Below, piece by piece: positions 9,623-20,544 of a stretch of 64,000 nucleotides of DNA. Source of the DNA: an uncultured Clostridium sp. (lineage in GTDB: Bacteria; Bacillota; Clostridia; TANB77; CAG-508); the NCBI GenBank assembly GCA_946487895.1, contig CAMLUO010000001.1, positions 41,540 to 105,539 on the forward strand, in the 5' to 3' direction. The translations under genes and the position numbers were made by a program. The notes under the pieces are model-generated. The model did not search any database. It saw nothing but the letters and a program-made list of their open reading frames with translations, and was not told the DNA's origin. Numbering within the stretch: position 1 is the stretch's first letter; each line of letters opens with the position of its first letter.

Positions 9623-9656
9623 TTTAACAATAGAAATATTTTTCGTTTTGTATGTT

Positions 9657-10055
9657 CTAGTTTACAATACTTGCTAATACTCCATTAACAAAGTTTTTAG
9701 ATGAATCTTCTCCATATTTCTTAGCTAGTTCTACTGCTTCATTTATAACAACTTTAAATGGTAGTTCTTTATATTGAATTTCATAAATTGCTAATTTCAA
9801 AATTGCTAAATCAATTTTTGAAATTCTATCTAATTTCCAATCTTTTTTTAGATTTTTCTCTATTTGTTCTACTATTTTTTCTTTGTTTTTTTCAATTCCA
9901 AAAACTGCATCTTTTATATATTCTTGTGCATTTTTATCTGTTATTTCATTATTTTCAATATATAAATCTACCGCTTCTTGTAAATCTTCTTGTTTTTGTA
10001 TTTCTAAGCTATATATTAGTTCAAATGCTTTTTCGCGTATTGCTGACCTGTTCAT
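9657..10055 (-). CDS. nusB: Transcription antitermination factor NusB
   Basis: 132 aa with R..A...LY and the FVNGVL motif near the C-terminus. Confidence 0.9.
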   Translation of the reverse strand: MNRSAIREKAFELIYSLEIQKQEDLQEAVDLYIENNEITDKNAQEYIKDAVFGIEKNKEKIVEQIEKNLKKDWKLDRISKIDLAILKLAIYEIQYKELPFKVVINEAVELAKKYGEDSSKNFVNGVLASIVN

Positions 10056-10078
10056 AATCTTACTTTTCCCCTTTAATT

Positions 10079-10291
10079 CTACATTTTATCTATAAAACCT
10101 TTTAATCTTGATTTTACATCTTCTTTGTTCTGTTGTACATAATTTCCAATAAAAGCACCTAATATTAATACTACAATTGCTAATATTAAGTCATGTAATC
10201 TAGTTACTAAAATTAATATTGCTACTATAATACCAATTATTGCTCCTTTGTATTGACTCCAGAAATTCTTAAAATTATCCATTTGAATCAT
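10079..10291 (-). CDS. Small integral membrane protein (DUF2273-like) of the Asp23 cluster
   Basis: 70 aa with two TM helices. Conserved position after asp23/amaP. Confidence 0.6.
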   Translation of the reverse strand: MIQMDNFKNFWSQYKGAIIGIIVAILILVTRLHDLILAIVVLILGAFIGNYVQQNKEDVKSRLKGFIDKM

Positions 10292-10336
10292 TCCTCTCTG
10301 ATACTTCCAATTATTTTATACTTTACGCAAACCCGA

Positions 10337-10456
10337 TTGGAAAAGAATTAAATTTTGGCTAGGAAAACAAGTTTGAAATTTATGAGGCGTACTATTTGTA
10401 CGTTGATTAAATTTCAAATGCAGTTTGACGACGCCAAAATTGTAATTATTTTTCAA
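10337..10456. repeat. 120-nt MITE-like hairpin element, copy 3
   Basis: See copy 1. Its right terminus overlaps the last codons and the stop of the amaP-like ORF. Confidence 0.85.
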
Positions 10457-11000
10457 TCGACTCCTTTGGAGCAACTTTCTTAACAGTAATATTTACTTCC
10501 TTAACTTCTAAATCTGTTGCCACTTTAATTTTGTCTTTTATTTTATTTTGTAAATTTGCTGATAAATCTTTAATAACTGCATTTGCATTTACAATTAATG
10601 TAACATATACTCTAACATTGTTATCTTTATCTAAATCTACTCTTGTTGTCACATCTTCAGCACTTTCAAAATTTAATGCAACTGAATTAACTAAATTTTC
10701 AATTGTTTCTTTTGATATCATCAATTTTCCATTGTCATTTTCTAATAAAACACCTTGTCTTTCTTTTATTTGTTCTCTTGATGTTGAATCAAAGAATATG
10801 CATTTTATTGAAAGTAAAATAAATATTACACATACCGCTAAAACAATATTTGTAATTGTTCCTCCTGATACCATTCCTTCAACTACTCTACCTGCTACAT
10901 CTATATCTAGCCATCCAAATATTAACAAACATAATATTATAGATAATATTAATATTATATTAGAATATATAATTAATGTGATTTTTTCTAAAGTTTTCAT
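10446..11000 (-). CDS. amaP: Alkaline shock response membrane anchor protein AmaP-like
   Basis: Two N-terminal TM helices followed by a soluble domain. Lies immediately downstream of asp23. Confidence 0.6.
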   Translation of the reverse strand: MKTLEKITLIIYSNIILILSIILCLLIFGWLDIDVAGRVVEGMVSGGTITNIVLAVCVIFILLSIKCIFFDSTSREQIKERQGVLLENDNGKLMISKETIENLVNSVALNFESAEDVTTRVDLDKDNNVRVYVTLIVNANAVIKDLSANLQNKIKDKIKVATDLEVKEVNITVKKVAPKESIEK

Positions 11001-11076
11001 TTTATTTCCTCCTATTTTGCTTTATTTTTTATTATTTCCTTATAACATTTAATTTAGTCTTTATATTTTTCTCTTT

Positions 11077-11532
11077 TTATTCATCTTCTTGATTGTCATT
11101 TTCTGTTTCTGTTTTCTCAGATACTGCTGTATCAGTATTTACACCTTGAACATGAACATTAACTTCTTCAACAACTAATCCTGTCATGTTTTCTACTGCT
11201 TTTTTTACTCTATTTTGAATTTCGAAAGCTACATCTGGTATTCTTGAACCATATTCTACTATGATATTTACATCTAGCTTAGCTTTCCCATCATTAATAT
11301 CAGCCTTGATTCCTTTTGCAAGATTTTTCTTACCACTAAATACTTCTGATATTCCTCCTGCAAATCCTCCTGACATTCCAGCAACTCCTTGTACTTCTGA
11401 AACAGCTACTCCTGCAATAACAGCTACAACATCACTTGATATTTGTATACCGTCATTTTCTGATTTTATTTCTTCTTCTAATTCTACAACTTCCCCTTTA
11501 TTATCTTCATTCACTTTGTTTTCTTCACTCAT
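11077..11532 (-). CDS. Asp23/Gls24 family envelope stress protein
   Basis: ISSDVVAVIAG.A..EV.GV..M ... V.V.V motif. ATG at 11532 follows GGAGGA. The longer track ORF is an upstream extension. Confidence 0.85.
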   Translation of the reverse strand: MSEENKVNEDNKGEVVELEEEIKSENDGIQISSDVVAVIAGVAVSEVQGVAGMSGGFAGGISEVFSGKKNLAKGIKADINDGKAKLDVNIIVEYGSRIPDVAFEIQNRVKKAVENMTGLVVEEVNVHVQGVNTDTAVSEKTETENDNQEDE

Positions 11533-11619
11533 ATGAATTCCTCCTATCCATATATCAAAAAAGATATACTTATTTTTTCCATATAAGTATATCAATTTTT
11601 TTTATATTTTACAACTATT

Positions 11620-12576
11620 TTATTCAAAAACATCAAATTCTTGTATTGAATTTCCTCTTAGATAATCTTGAATTGACATTCTTTTTGCATTTTCTCCTTG
11701 AATTTCCAATACTTTTATAATTCCACCTTTTGCTTTAATATATAATCCATCTTTACTATCAGACAATAAAACTACACCATTTCCTAAGAAATCAAGGTTT
11801 TCTACCATTATCTCATCTTCTTTAGCTAAATCTACTTTCCAGAACTTAATCTTTTTACCATTTAAAAATGTATAAGCTCCCATAATTGGATTTAATCCTC
11901 TAACTAAATTCTTAATTTCTTGTGCTGTTCTTTTATTCCAGTCAATTTTCGCCATTTCTTTTGACAACATTGGAGCAGTAGTAAAATCATCTCCTTGTTT
12001 TTCCCTTGGAGCTGTTCCTTTCTCTATTTCTCTTAAAGTTTTAACCAAAAGTTCTCCACCAATTTTAGAAAGTCTATCCCACAATTCTCCTGTTGTTTCA
12101 TCTTCTCCAATTTCTACTTCTTGTTTTAAAATCATATCACCAGTATCCATTCCTTCGTCCATATACATTGTTGTAATTCCAGTTGTTTTATCTCCATTTA
12201 ATACTGCCCATTGAATTGGTGCTGCACCTCTATACTCTGGAAGTAATGAACCATGTACATTAATACAACCTAATTTTGGTATTTCTAATATTTCTTTAGG
12301 TAGGATTTTCCCATATGCTACAACACATATAACCTCTGGATTCAAATTTTTGATTTCTTCAATAAATTCTACATTTTTTCTTACTTTTTCTGGTTGATAT
12401 ATTTTTAGTCCTTTTTCTTGTGCATATTCTTTTACAGGAGATGCTACCATCTTCATTCCTCTACCCTTTGGTTTGTCTGGATTTGTTACTACTCCTATAA
12501 CATCATAATTTGCTTCTACTAAGCTTTTTAAAGACTCCTCAGCAAAGTCTGGTGTTCCCATAAACAAAACTCTCAT
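11620..12576 (-). CDS. fmt: Methionyl-tRNA formyltransferase
   Basis: MRVLFMGTPDFA, NVHGSLLP.YRGAAPIQ. Confidence 0.92.
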   Translation of the reverse strand: MRVLFMGTPDFAEESLKSLVEANYDVIGVVTNPDKPKGRGMKMVASPVKEYAQEKGLKIYQPEKVRKNVEFIEEIKNLNPEVICVVAYGKILPKEILEIPKLGCINVHGSLLPEYRGAAPIQWAVLNGDKTTGITTMYMDEGMDTGDMILKQEVEIGEDETTGELWDRLSKIGGELLVKTLREIEKGTAPREKQGDDFTTAPMLSKEMAKIDWNKRTAQEIKNLVRGLNPIMGAYTFLNGKKIKFWKVDLAKEDEIMVENLDFLGNGVVLLSDSKDGLYIKAKGGIIKVLEIQGENAKRMSIQDYLRGNSIQEFDVFE

Positions 12577-12597
12577 ATTTTTTATCCTTTCTACTCT

Positions 12598-13086
12598 TTA
12601 ATTTTCTTCAGGCTCAACATACTCTAAAGTTCCTGGAATTATTTTATCAATAAAAATTTCTCCATTTAAATGGTCTAATTCATGTGATATGGCTTGTGCT
12701 AATAATTCTTTAGCTTTTACTTGCATCCTTTTTCCATCTCTATCAGTATATTCTGCTACAACTTCGGCAGGTCTAATTATTTTTGCAAATTCATTTGGGA
12801 AACTTAAGCATCCTTCTTCTACCTCTTGCTCTCCCTTTGTTTTAATAACCACCGGATTTATCAATACTATTGGTCCTTTATCATCATATAAGTCAATTAC
12901 AACAATTCTTTTTAATACACCAACCTGAACTGCTGCTAGTCCAACACCATTATATTTATGCATTGTTTCAATCATATCATCTATAAGTGTTTGTATTTTT
13001 TCACTTGATATTTCTTCTTCTGGAACTTCTTTTGATTTTTTCTTTAATATGTCGTCTCCTTGATATCTTAAATTTCTAATTGCCAT
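12598..13086 (-). CDS. def: Peptide deformylase
   Basis: GVGLAA.Q, EGCLS.P and HE.DHL motifs. Confidence 0.92.
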   Translation of the reverse strand: MAIRNLRYQGDDILKKKSKEVPEEEISSEKIQTLIDDMIETMHKYNGVGLAAVQVGVLKRIVVIDLYDDKGPIVLINPVVIKTKGEQEVEEGCLSFPNEFAKIIRPAEVVAEYTDRDGKRMQVKAKELLAQAISHELDHLNGEIFIDKIIPGTLEYVEPEEN

Positions 13087-13108
13087 TTCTATCTCCTTTC
13101 TTTACTCA

Positions 13109-13140
13109 CAGGGATTAGGGGACGGTCCTAAAAATCCCTG
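13109..13140. repeat. GGGGACGG-core palindromic repeat
   Basis: CAGGGATTAGGGGACGGTCCTAAAAATCCCTG, filling the priA-def spacer exactly. Confidence 0.8.
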
Positions 13141-15462
13141 CTAACTCATATTATTTGGATTAACATCTATTGAAATTCTTGTGTCCTTTATATTTTGCTT
13201 ATATATATTTTTTAAAGAATCATTTAAAATTTTATTTATTTCTTCTGTCATATTTCCTTTTATTATAATTCTCCATCTATATCTATTTTGTATCTTATCA
13301 ATTGGACAAGGCATTGGTCTAAATAATTTTACTGCATTCTCGTCACCTTGCATCATTTCACTTTTCTGTAAATTATTTAGTTCTTTTTGTAATTCTTCAT
13401 ACATTAGATTTGATACTTTTTTTATTTCATTTTCATTATAACTATTAAATCCAATTAATATTATATCGCAAAATGGTGGATATTTCAATTGTTTTCTTAA
13501 AGCAATTTCTGTTTCATAAAATTTCTCATAATTTTGCTCTCTTGAACATTGTATAGCAAAACTTTGTGGGTTATATGTTTGAATTATGACTTTTCCGGGT
13601 AAATTCTCACGTCCCGCTCTTCCTGCTACTTGTGTTAAAATTTGAAAGGTTCTCTCATTTGCTCTATAATCATCTATATTTAGCGAACTGTCAGCTGCAA
13701 TAACACCAACTAATGTTACATTTGGAAAATGATGTCCTTTTACTACCATTTGTGTTCCAATTAAAATATCTATATTTTCATTTTTGAATTTATTTAATAT
13801 TTCTTCATGTGAATTTTTCTTTGTAACAGTATCTATATCCATTCTTATTGTACTTGCATTTGGAAATTGTTTGTGTATTTCTTGTTCTAATTTTTGCGTA
13901 CCTGTTCCAAAGTATCTTATTTTATCACTTTTACATTCAGGACATACTGTTACTATATTTTGCTCATATCCACAATAATGACATTTTAATTTTCTTTCAT
14001 AGCTATGATATGTCAAACTTATATTGCAATTTGGACATTTTACTGTATACCCACAATTCCTACACATTATGAAAGTTGAATATCCTCTTCTATTTAGAAA
14101 TAATATTGTCTGTCTCTTATTTTTCAAATTTTCTTCTATGTTAGAATATAGATCCATACTTAACATTGAGCGGTTTCCATTTGCAAGTTCTTGTTTTAAG
14201 TCTATTATTTCAACTGATGGAAGTGATGAATTGTTGGCCCTTTTTGTTAATTCTAACAATGTGATTTCAGGATTCATTTGCTTTTTATTTATCTCTGACC
14301 TTATATTGCCATTATTTAAAATTTTTTCTGTCGCTTTATAATATGTCTGCAAATCAGGTGTTGCACTTCCAAATAATAATGGAATATTGTTTTCTTTTGC
14401 TAACTTCTTCGCTATCTCTTTTGCATTGTATTTAGGTGTTGTCTCTGACTTATATGAGCTATCGTGTTCTTCATCTATTATAATAATTCCTACATTTGCT
14501 AATGGTGCAAATATAGCAGATCTTGCACCTATTACAATTTTTGCATCTCCATTTCTTATTTTTTCCCATTCGTCATGTCTTTCACCTATTGAAAGTTTAC
14601 TATGTAATATTGCTATATCTTCTTTTCCAAATCTTGATACAAATCTTTCTAGCATTTGTGGAGTTAATGAAATTTCTGGAACTAATACAATTGCTGTTCT
14701 TTCTTTTTCTATTACTTTTTGTATTAGTTGTAAATATACTTCTGTTTTTCCAGAACCTGTTACTCCATATAATAAAAACTGTTCAAATCTATTTTCATCA
14801 ATTGCTTTTTCTACTTTTTCAAATGCTTCTTGTTGCTCATCTGTTAATTGTAATTTTTCAGTCTTTTTGTAATTTTTAAATAGTAATGGATTTCTCTCTA
14901 CCTTTTTTTCTACAATTTCTAAATATCCATTTTTTATTAATGTATTTACTATTGCTCTTGATGTATCAGTAAACATCTCTATTTCAGGTATTGTTGCACC
15001 TTCATTATCTTTTACAAATTTTAATATTTTTATTTGCTTTTCAGATTTTATTTTTTTAGTTTCTATTTCAAATTCTATTTCTTCTATGTCTTTTTTTAAA
15101 TATACTGTATTTATGATTTTATCTTGAATTCTCTTTTCTTTGTTTTTTGTTCTTGTTCCAGGTGTTAGCATAAGTTTTATACAATCTGATACATTACAAA
15201 AATATCTATTTGCCATCCATTTTGCAAGTTCTATTTGCTTATCTGTTAAGTTTTCTTCTATTTTTATAATGTCTTTATTCGCAAATTCAGATTTTTCTTT
15301 TAATTTGACTACAAATGCTTCTTCTTGTTTTTCTCCTTTTCCAAATGGTACTATGACTTTGCTTCCCACTAAGATTAAGTCTTCTAGTTCTTTTGGTATG
15401 TTGTAGTCAAATATTCTATTTAGTTTTTTTGCTCCTCTATTTATTATTACTTCTGCTACCAT
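13141..15462 (-). CDS. priA: Primosomal protein N' (replication restart helicase PriA)
   Basis: 773 aa with GVTGSGKTEVY, DEEHD and the Cys4-type zinc region CRNCGY..KCPNC...LTYH...L.CHYCG. Confidence 0.92.
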   Translation of the reverse strand: MVAEVIINRGAKKLNRIFDYNIPKELEDLILVGSKVIVPFGKGEKQEEAFVVKLKEKSEFANKDIIKIEENLTDKQIELAKWMANRYFCNVSDCIKLMLTPGTRTKNKEKRIQDKIINTVYLKKDIEEIEFEIETKKIKSEKQIKILKFVKDNEGATIPEIEMFTDTSRAIVNTLIKNGYLEIVEKKVERNPLLFKNYKKTEKLQLTDEQQEAFEKVEKAIDENRFEQFLLYGVTGSGKTEVYLQLIQKVIEKERTAIVLVPEISLTPQMLERFVSRFGKEDIAILHSKLSIGERHDEWEKIRNGDAKIVIGARSAIFAPLANVGIIIIDEEHDSSYKSETTPKYNAKEIAKKLAKENNIPLLFGSATPDLQTYYKATEKILNNGNIRSEINKKQMNPEITLLELTKRANNSSLPSVEIIDLKQELANGNRSMLSMDLYSNIEENLKNKRQTILFLNRRGYSTFIMCRNCGYTVKCPNCNISLTYHSYERKLKCHYCGYEQNIVTVCPECKSDKIRYFGTGTQKLEQEIHKQFPNASTIRMDIDTVTKKNSHEEILNKFKNENIDILIGTQMVVKGHHFPNVTLVGVIAADSSLNIDDYRANERTFQILTQVAGRAGRENLPGKVIIQTYNPQSFAIQCSREQNYEKFYETEIALRKQLKYPPFCDIILIGFNSYNENEIKKVSNLMYEELQKELNNLQKSEMMQGDENAVKLFRPMPCPIDKIQNRYRWRIIIKGNMTEEINKILNDSLKNIYKQNIKDTRISIDVNPNNMS

Positions 15463-15569
15463 TTTAATCTCCTTTTTTACTTTTGTTAGTATATCAAATT
15501 TTTATATTTTAAACAATACCAAAAAGAAAATAGATATCCCTTTTACAGAAATATCTATTTTCATAAACT

Positions 15570-16433
15570 CTAGCCTTTGAAATGTACAACTGGCTTTAAT
15601 AATGCTTTATTAGATATTGCTTTATTGAAATATTCTATTGTTTTCAACAAAGCATCTTCGTGTGAAGCAGTAATGTAAATTGTTCTATCTACATTTTTTG
15701 ACTCCGGATTTTGTGAATCCTTCGGAACTATTCCATCACTTAAATCTGCTCCAAACACTTTATGAGCAAACTCACTTATTTGTTCAGTCGATGCAATAAC
15801 ATTAAACCATCTATGGCGTTTCAACTCAGCATTATCAACTTTTAATAATACCTTATGCCTTTCAGATAATTCCTCATCTGGCAAATGATAAATTTGAGTA
15901 ATTTTTCCGTACTCTTTTATCCTTTCAAAAAAGCCTGTTTTTGACTTAACAAATTTTTTGTCAGCCATATGAGTTCCAAAAAATGGTGTTGCAATCGTAA
16001 CAATTCTTATTGTTCGATTTTCTTCCAAATATTCTGGAATATTTACTGCACACAGTCCACATTCGCCTAATGCAAAAAAGGTTATTGATGTGTACTTTCT
16101 AAATATATTTGTCTCATCAGAAGTTTCTTTGTTAATCATTCTCGCTAACTGACGAGCCACATATTTAAACCTTCCTTTTTTAGCATTTTTTCTTGGCTTA
16201 CTTGGAATATATAACTGCATTATATCTCCTGACAATTCATAGTCATCAGCTGTTAAACTCCGCAACTCCCTATTGTCTAAGCATATGATATTTAACTTTT
16301 TACTTTCTGGAATACATTTAATCCATTTTAATATCATGCTTGGAGTTTGTAAGATGATTTCTTCTCTCTTTTCAACGAGTTCCTTTTTGGTAGTCTTGCT
16401 CTCCTCCACTTTGCTTTTCATTTCTTCCCGCAT
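15570..16433 (-). CDS. Hypothetical protein with alpha/beta-hydrolase-like features and a Cys in the nucleophile-elbow position
   Basis: 287 aa. FFALGECGLCA (G-x-C-x-G), then later SDGIVP and ITASHED as possible Asp and His. Inserted between priA and pheT. No family recognised. Confidence 0.4.
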   Translation of the reverse strand: MREEMKSKVEESKTTKKELVEKREEIILQTPSMILKWIKCIPESKKLNIICLDNRELRSLTADDYELSGDIMQLYIPSKPRKNAKKGRFKYVARQLARMINKETSDETNIFRKYTSITFFALGECGLCAVNIPEYLEENRTIRIVTIATPFFGTHMADKKFVKSKTGFFERIKEYGKITQIYHLPDEELSERHKVLLKVDNAELKRHRWFNVIASTEQISEFAHKVFGADLSDGIVPKDSQNPESKNVDRTIYITASHEDALLKTIEYFNKAISNKALLKPVVHFKG

Positions 16434-16578
16434 TATTAATTTCTCCCTTCTAAAATTATTTAGTATAGAAATATGTGTTAATGAGTTACAGAGTCTATTT
16501 TACCACATTATGTATATTTTAGCAAGAAAAATTTCAAGAGTCATATATAATTAAATTTGACACTTGAAATCTTCATTC

Positions 16579-18981
16579 TTATTTTCTTAATTCTGCATGT
16601 AAAGTTTTCTCTAATTCAGAAATAATTGCATCCATAACATTATTTATTTCTTCATCACTAAGTGTTTTATTTTTATCTCTAAAGATTAGTGAATAAGCAA
16701 CACTTTTCTTGTTTTCTCCAAGTTTTTCATTTCTGTAAATATCAAATAATTTCATACTTTCAAGAAGTCTTTTACCTTTTTTAGTAATTATCTTTTCAAT
16801 TTGACCTACTTCAACTTCTTCATCAACAATTATTGCAATATCTCTTTCAACTGCTGGGAATTTAGGAATTTCAACATATTTTTTATTTTCTCTTGAATAT
16901 TTTACTAATTTTGTAATATTAATTTCTGCTAAATATGCTCTTTTTTCTATATCATAATTTTGTAATACTTCTGGATGTACTTCTCCGATTGTTCCTATTA
17001 CATCAATTCCTATTTTAATATTTGCACATCTTCCTGGATGATATGATTTGTTATCTCTTTCTTTTTCTACATCAGATCTATTTACACTTATTGCTTCTAA
17101 GATATTTTCAATAATTCCTTTTAGTACATAGAAATCAACATCTTCTCCATACATTCCTATTGTTAAAATATCTTCTTGTACTGGAACTTCTCCATCTTCT
17201 ACTTGATGATTTGTATTTTTATAATTTCTAGATATATCAAATAGTTTTACATTTTGATTTTTCTTGTTTGCATTTGTTGCAAGTATTTGCATCATACTTG
17301 GTATTGTTGATGGTCTCATTAATCTGAATTCTTCACCTAATGGATTTTGTAATGTTATTGCATATTTTTGAACTTCTTCTGAAATGTTTGATTTTTCTAA
17401 GTCTTTTTTGCTTATAAATCCATATGTGTAAATTTCTGATAGACCACTATCTACTAATACATCTCTAACTTTCTTAATTATTTTTTGTTCTTTATTTCTA
17501 ACACCTAAAGTTGTATCTGCTTTTATTAAAGTTGTATCTAATTTGTCATATCCGTAAAATCTTGCAACTTCTTCTGCGATGTCAGCTAAACATGTTAAAT
17601 CCATTCTGAAATATGGTGAAATTGCTACATCATTTTCTACTCTTATTTCTAATTTTTCTAATATATCAATCATTTCTTGTTTTGATAATTTAGTTCCTAG
17701 TAGATTATTGATTCTTTCTACATCTAATTTTATTTTATGGATTTCTTGTTTTGTAGGATAAACATCAACTTTTCCATCTACAACTTCTCCACTACCAGTT
17801 AATTCAACTAATTCAACTGCTCTATTTACAGCTCTTAATGCATTTTCAGCAGATAAACCTTTTTCAAATCTTGAAGATGCTTCTGTTCTTAGTCCTACTT
17901 TTTTAGCTGTCTTTCTTACACTTCCACCATAAAATACTGCTGACTCAAATACTACTGTTTCAGTATCATTTTCTATTTCTGAATTTAGTCCACCCATAAC
18001 TCCAGCAATTGCTACAGCTTTCTTGTCATCTGCAATTACTAAATCATCTTCATTTAATTCTCTTTCTTGTTCATCTAATGTTGTAATTTTTTCTCCATTT
18101 TTAGCTCTTCTAACAGTAATATGTTTTCCTTCAATAGAATTAATATCAAAAGCATGCATTGGTTGACCTAACTCTAACATTACATAGTTTGTAATATCAA
18201 CTATATTATTGATACTTCTAACACCACAAGCTCTTAATCTTCTTTTCATCCAATCTGGTGATTCTTTGATTTTTACATTTTTTACAACTCTTGCAATATA
18301 TCTATAACATAAGTCAGGAGCTTCGATATCAACTTTTAATCCTTCTATTTCTTTTTTATCTTCAACTTCTAATTTATCTAAATTTCCTCTTGGATTTTTA
18401 AATTCTTTATTCAAAGATACTGCTGTTTCTCTTCCTAATCCTTCAATAGAAAAACAATCTGGTCTATTTGAAGTAATTTCAAAATCGATAATATCTTCTC
18501 TTAAATTTAAAACTTCAACAATGTCTTTTCCTAAATCTTTTTCTAAACTTTTATCTAAAATCATTATTCCATGTTCGATTTGTCCTGGATAATCCGCTAA
18601 ATCTAAGTTTAGCTCTCCAACTGAGCACATCATACCACATGAATCAATTCCTCTTAATTTTCCTGTTTTAATTTTAACACCATTAGGTAATTCTGCTCCA
18701 TCTTTTGCAATTGGTACAATATCTCCAACTTTTATATTATCTGCACCTGTAACAATTTGTATTTTTTCTGTTCCAACGTCAACTTTTGTAACTACCAATT
18801 TATCTGCATCTGGATGTTTTTCTATTTCTAAAATTTTTCCAACAACAACATTTTTTATATCATTTCCTTTTTCGTCTATTGTTTCAACTTTAGAACCTGT
18901 CATTGTTAAAATATCACCTAATTCTGTTGGCTTTACATCAATATCACTATACTCTTTTAACCATTCAATACTTGCTTTCAT
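16579..18981 (-). CDS. pheT: Phenylalanine--tRNA ligase beta subunit
   Basis: 800 aa with an N-terminal tRNA-binding domain (KHPDADKL), B3/4 and B5 domains. Confidence 0.92.
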   Translation of the reverse strand: MKASIEWLKEYSDIDVKPTELGDILTMTGSKVETIDEKGNDIKNVVVGKILEIEKHPDADKLVVTKVDVGTEKIQIVTGADNIKVGDIVPIAKDGAELPNGVKIKTGKLRGIDSCGMMCSVGELNLDLADYPGQIEHGIMILDKSLEKDLGKDIVEVLNLREDIIDFEITSNRPDCFSIEGLGRETAVSLNKEFKNPRGNLDKLEVEDKKEIEGLKVDIEAPDLCYRYIARVVKNVKIKESPDWMKRRLRACGVRSINNIVDITNYVMLELGQPMHAFDINSIEGKHITVRRAKNGEKITTLDEQERELNEDDLVIADDKKAVAIAGVMGGLNSEIENDTETVVFESAVFYGGSVRKTAKKVGLRTEASSRFEKGLSAENALRAVNRAVELVELTGSGEVVDGKVDVYPTKQEIHKIKLDVERINNLLGTKLSKQEMIDILEKLEIRVENDVAISPYFRMDLTCLADIAEEVARFYGYDKLDTTLIKADTTLGVRNKEQKIIKKVRDVLVDSGLSEIYTYGFISKKDLEKSNISEEVQKYAITLQNPLGEEFRLMRPSTIPSMMQILATNANKKNQNVKLFDISRNYKNTNHQVEDGEVPVQEDILTIGMYGEDVDFYVLKGIIENILEAISVNRSDVEKERDNKSYHPGRCANIKIGIDVIGTIGEVHPEVLQNYDIEKRAYLAEINITKLVKYSRENKKYVEIPKFPAVERDIAIIVDEEVEVGQIEKIITKKGKRLLESMKLFDIYRNEKLGENKKSVAYSLIFRDKNKTLSDEEINNVMDAIISELEKTLHAELRK

Positions 18982-19014
18982 CTATCTTTCTTCCTTTCCT
19001 GCTATTATTTTTTC

Positions 19015-19320
19015 TTATCTATCCCAACCATTAAATCTTCTGTCTGGTTGATATCTCTTAGCATTTTGCCAATTTCCAAGTGTTGCTTCATTATTAGTTT
19101 CCATTTGTTTTCTTTTTATTGCTTCTAATGAATCTTTTCTAAACTTATCTCTCCAATCTGGAATTAAAACTTTTACTATATAATTTTCATTTTCATCAAA
19201 ACTAGCTTGTGTATCAACATTGTCATTTTTTCTCATAATTTGTTTTATTTCTTCGATATAACTTTTGTTTCTTTTTCCGTCTTGGAATTTAAATATTTTT
19301 GTTTTCACTAATTTTAACAC
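19015..19320 (-). CDS. Hypothetical 101-aa protein inserted between pheS and pheT
   Basis: ORF in the operon orientation. No family recognised. Confidence 0.35.
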   Translation of the reverse strand: MLKLVKTKIFKFQDGKRNKSYIEEIKQIMRKNDNVDTQASFDENENYIVKVLIPDWRDKFRKDSLEAIKRKQMETNNEATLGNWQNAKRYQPDRRFNGWDR

Positions 19321-19451
19321 TCCTTAATAAATTAAATTTTTAATAATTATTATTTACAAGAAAAATTATTTAATCACTTTCTTAAATCTTGCTACTATTG
19401 ATTTTCACAATCTTTATTGCATCAAACTTTTTTAATCTTACTGCTTTTTAA

Positions 19452-19500
19452 CCTGTCCCTTTTGCACTATTTAATGCAAAAGGGGGCCGTCCCCAATGCA
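19452..19500. repeat. Hairpin repeat variant with GGCCGTCCCCAATGC tail
   Basis: CCCTTTTGCA-ctatttaa-TGCAAAAGGG followed by GGCCGTCCCCAATGCA, abutting the pheS stop. It shares GTCCCCAATGC with 27663-27680. Confidence 0.6.
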
Positions 19501-20532
19501 TTAAAATTGTTTTAAAAATCTTACATCATTTTCAAATAACAATCTCATATCTTCTATTCCGAATTTTGCCATTGCTACTCTCTCTACTCCAAATCCAAAT
19601 GCAAATCCTGAATATTCTTCTGGGTCTATTCCACAATTTCTTAAAACATTTGGATGTACCATTCCACATCCTAAAAGTTCTATCCAACCTTCTCCTTTAC
19701 ATACTCTGCATCCTTTTCCGCCACATACGAAACATGATACGTCTGCCTCTGCTGATGGTTCTGTAAATGGGAAATGATGTGGTCTAAATCTTATTTTTGT
19801 TTTTTCTCCTAAGCATTTTTTAGCAAACATTTCTAATGTTCCTTTTAAATCTGTCATTGCAATATTTTTGTCAACAACTAGTCCTTCTACTTGATGGAAT
19901 ACTGGTGAATGTGTTGCATCTACGCTATCTGAACGATAAACTGCTCCAGGGCATATTATTTTAATTGGTGGTTTTTGATTTTCCATTACTCTTGCCTGTA
20001 CTGGTGATGTTTGACTTCTTAATACTATATCATCTGTGATATAAAATGTATCTTGAACGTCTCTTGCAGGGTGGTCTGGTGGTGTGTTTAATTTATCAAA
20101 ATTATATATTGCTTTTTCGACTTCTGGTCCGTCTGCTATTTCATATCCCATTCCTAAGAATATTTCTTCTACTTCTTGAATTACTTGTGTTATTGGATGT
20201 AATGATCCTAAATTTACTTTTTTACTTGGTTCAGTAACATCAATATTTTCTGTTTCTAATCTTTTTTCTAATTCTTTTCTATTTAGTTCTTTTTCTTTTT
20301 GAGTAAATAGTTCATCTAATTCATCTCTTACTTGATTTACAAGACTTCCTATTACTGGTCTTTCTTCAGGTGATAATTTACCCATTCCTCTTAGCACTAC
20401 TGTTAATTCACCTTTTTTACCTAAATATTTTACTTTTAAATCTGCTAATTGTCTTAAATCTTGACAGCTATTAATTTCTCTTTGTGAATTTTCTTTGATT
20501 TTTGCAATTTCTTCTTTCATTTTTAATATCAT
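19501..20532 (-). CDS. pheS: Phenylalanine--tRNA ligase alpha subunit
   Basis: HP......I..IF..MG, class II motifs ([12 protein letters not shown] and GFAFG.G.ER). Confidence 0.92.
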   Translation of the reverse strand: MILKMKEEIAKIKENSQREINSCQDLRQLADLKVKYLGKKGELTVVLRGMGKLSPEERPVIGSLVNQVRDELDELFTQKEKELNRKELEKRLETENIDVTEPSKKVNLGSLHPITQVIQEVEEIFLGMGYEIADGPEVEKAIYNFDKLNTPPDHPARDVQDTFYITDDIVLRSQTSPVQARVMENQKPPIKIICPGAVYRSDSVDATHSPVFHQVEGLVVDKNIAMTDLKGTLEMFAKKCLGEKTKIRFRPHHFPFTEPSAEADVSCFVCGGKGCRVCKGEGWIELLGCGMVHPNVLRNCGIDPEEYSGFAFGFGVERVAMAKFGIEDMRLLFENDVRFLKQF

Positions 20533-20544
20533 TCCTTTCCTACA

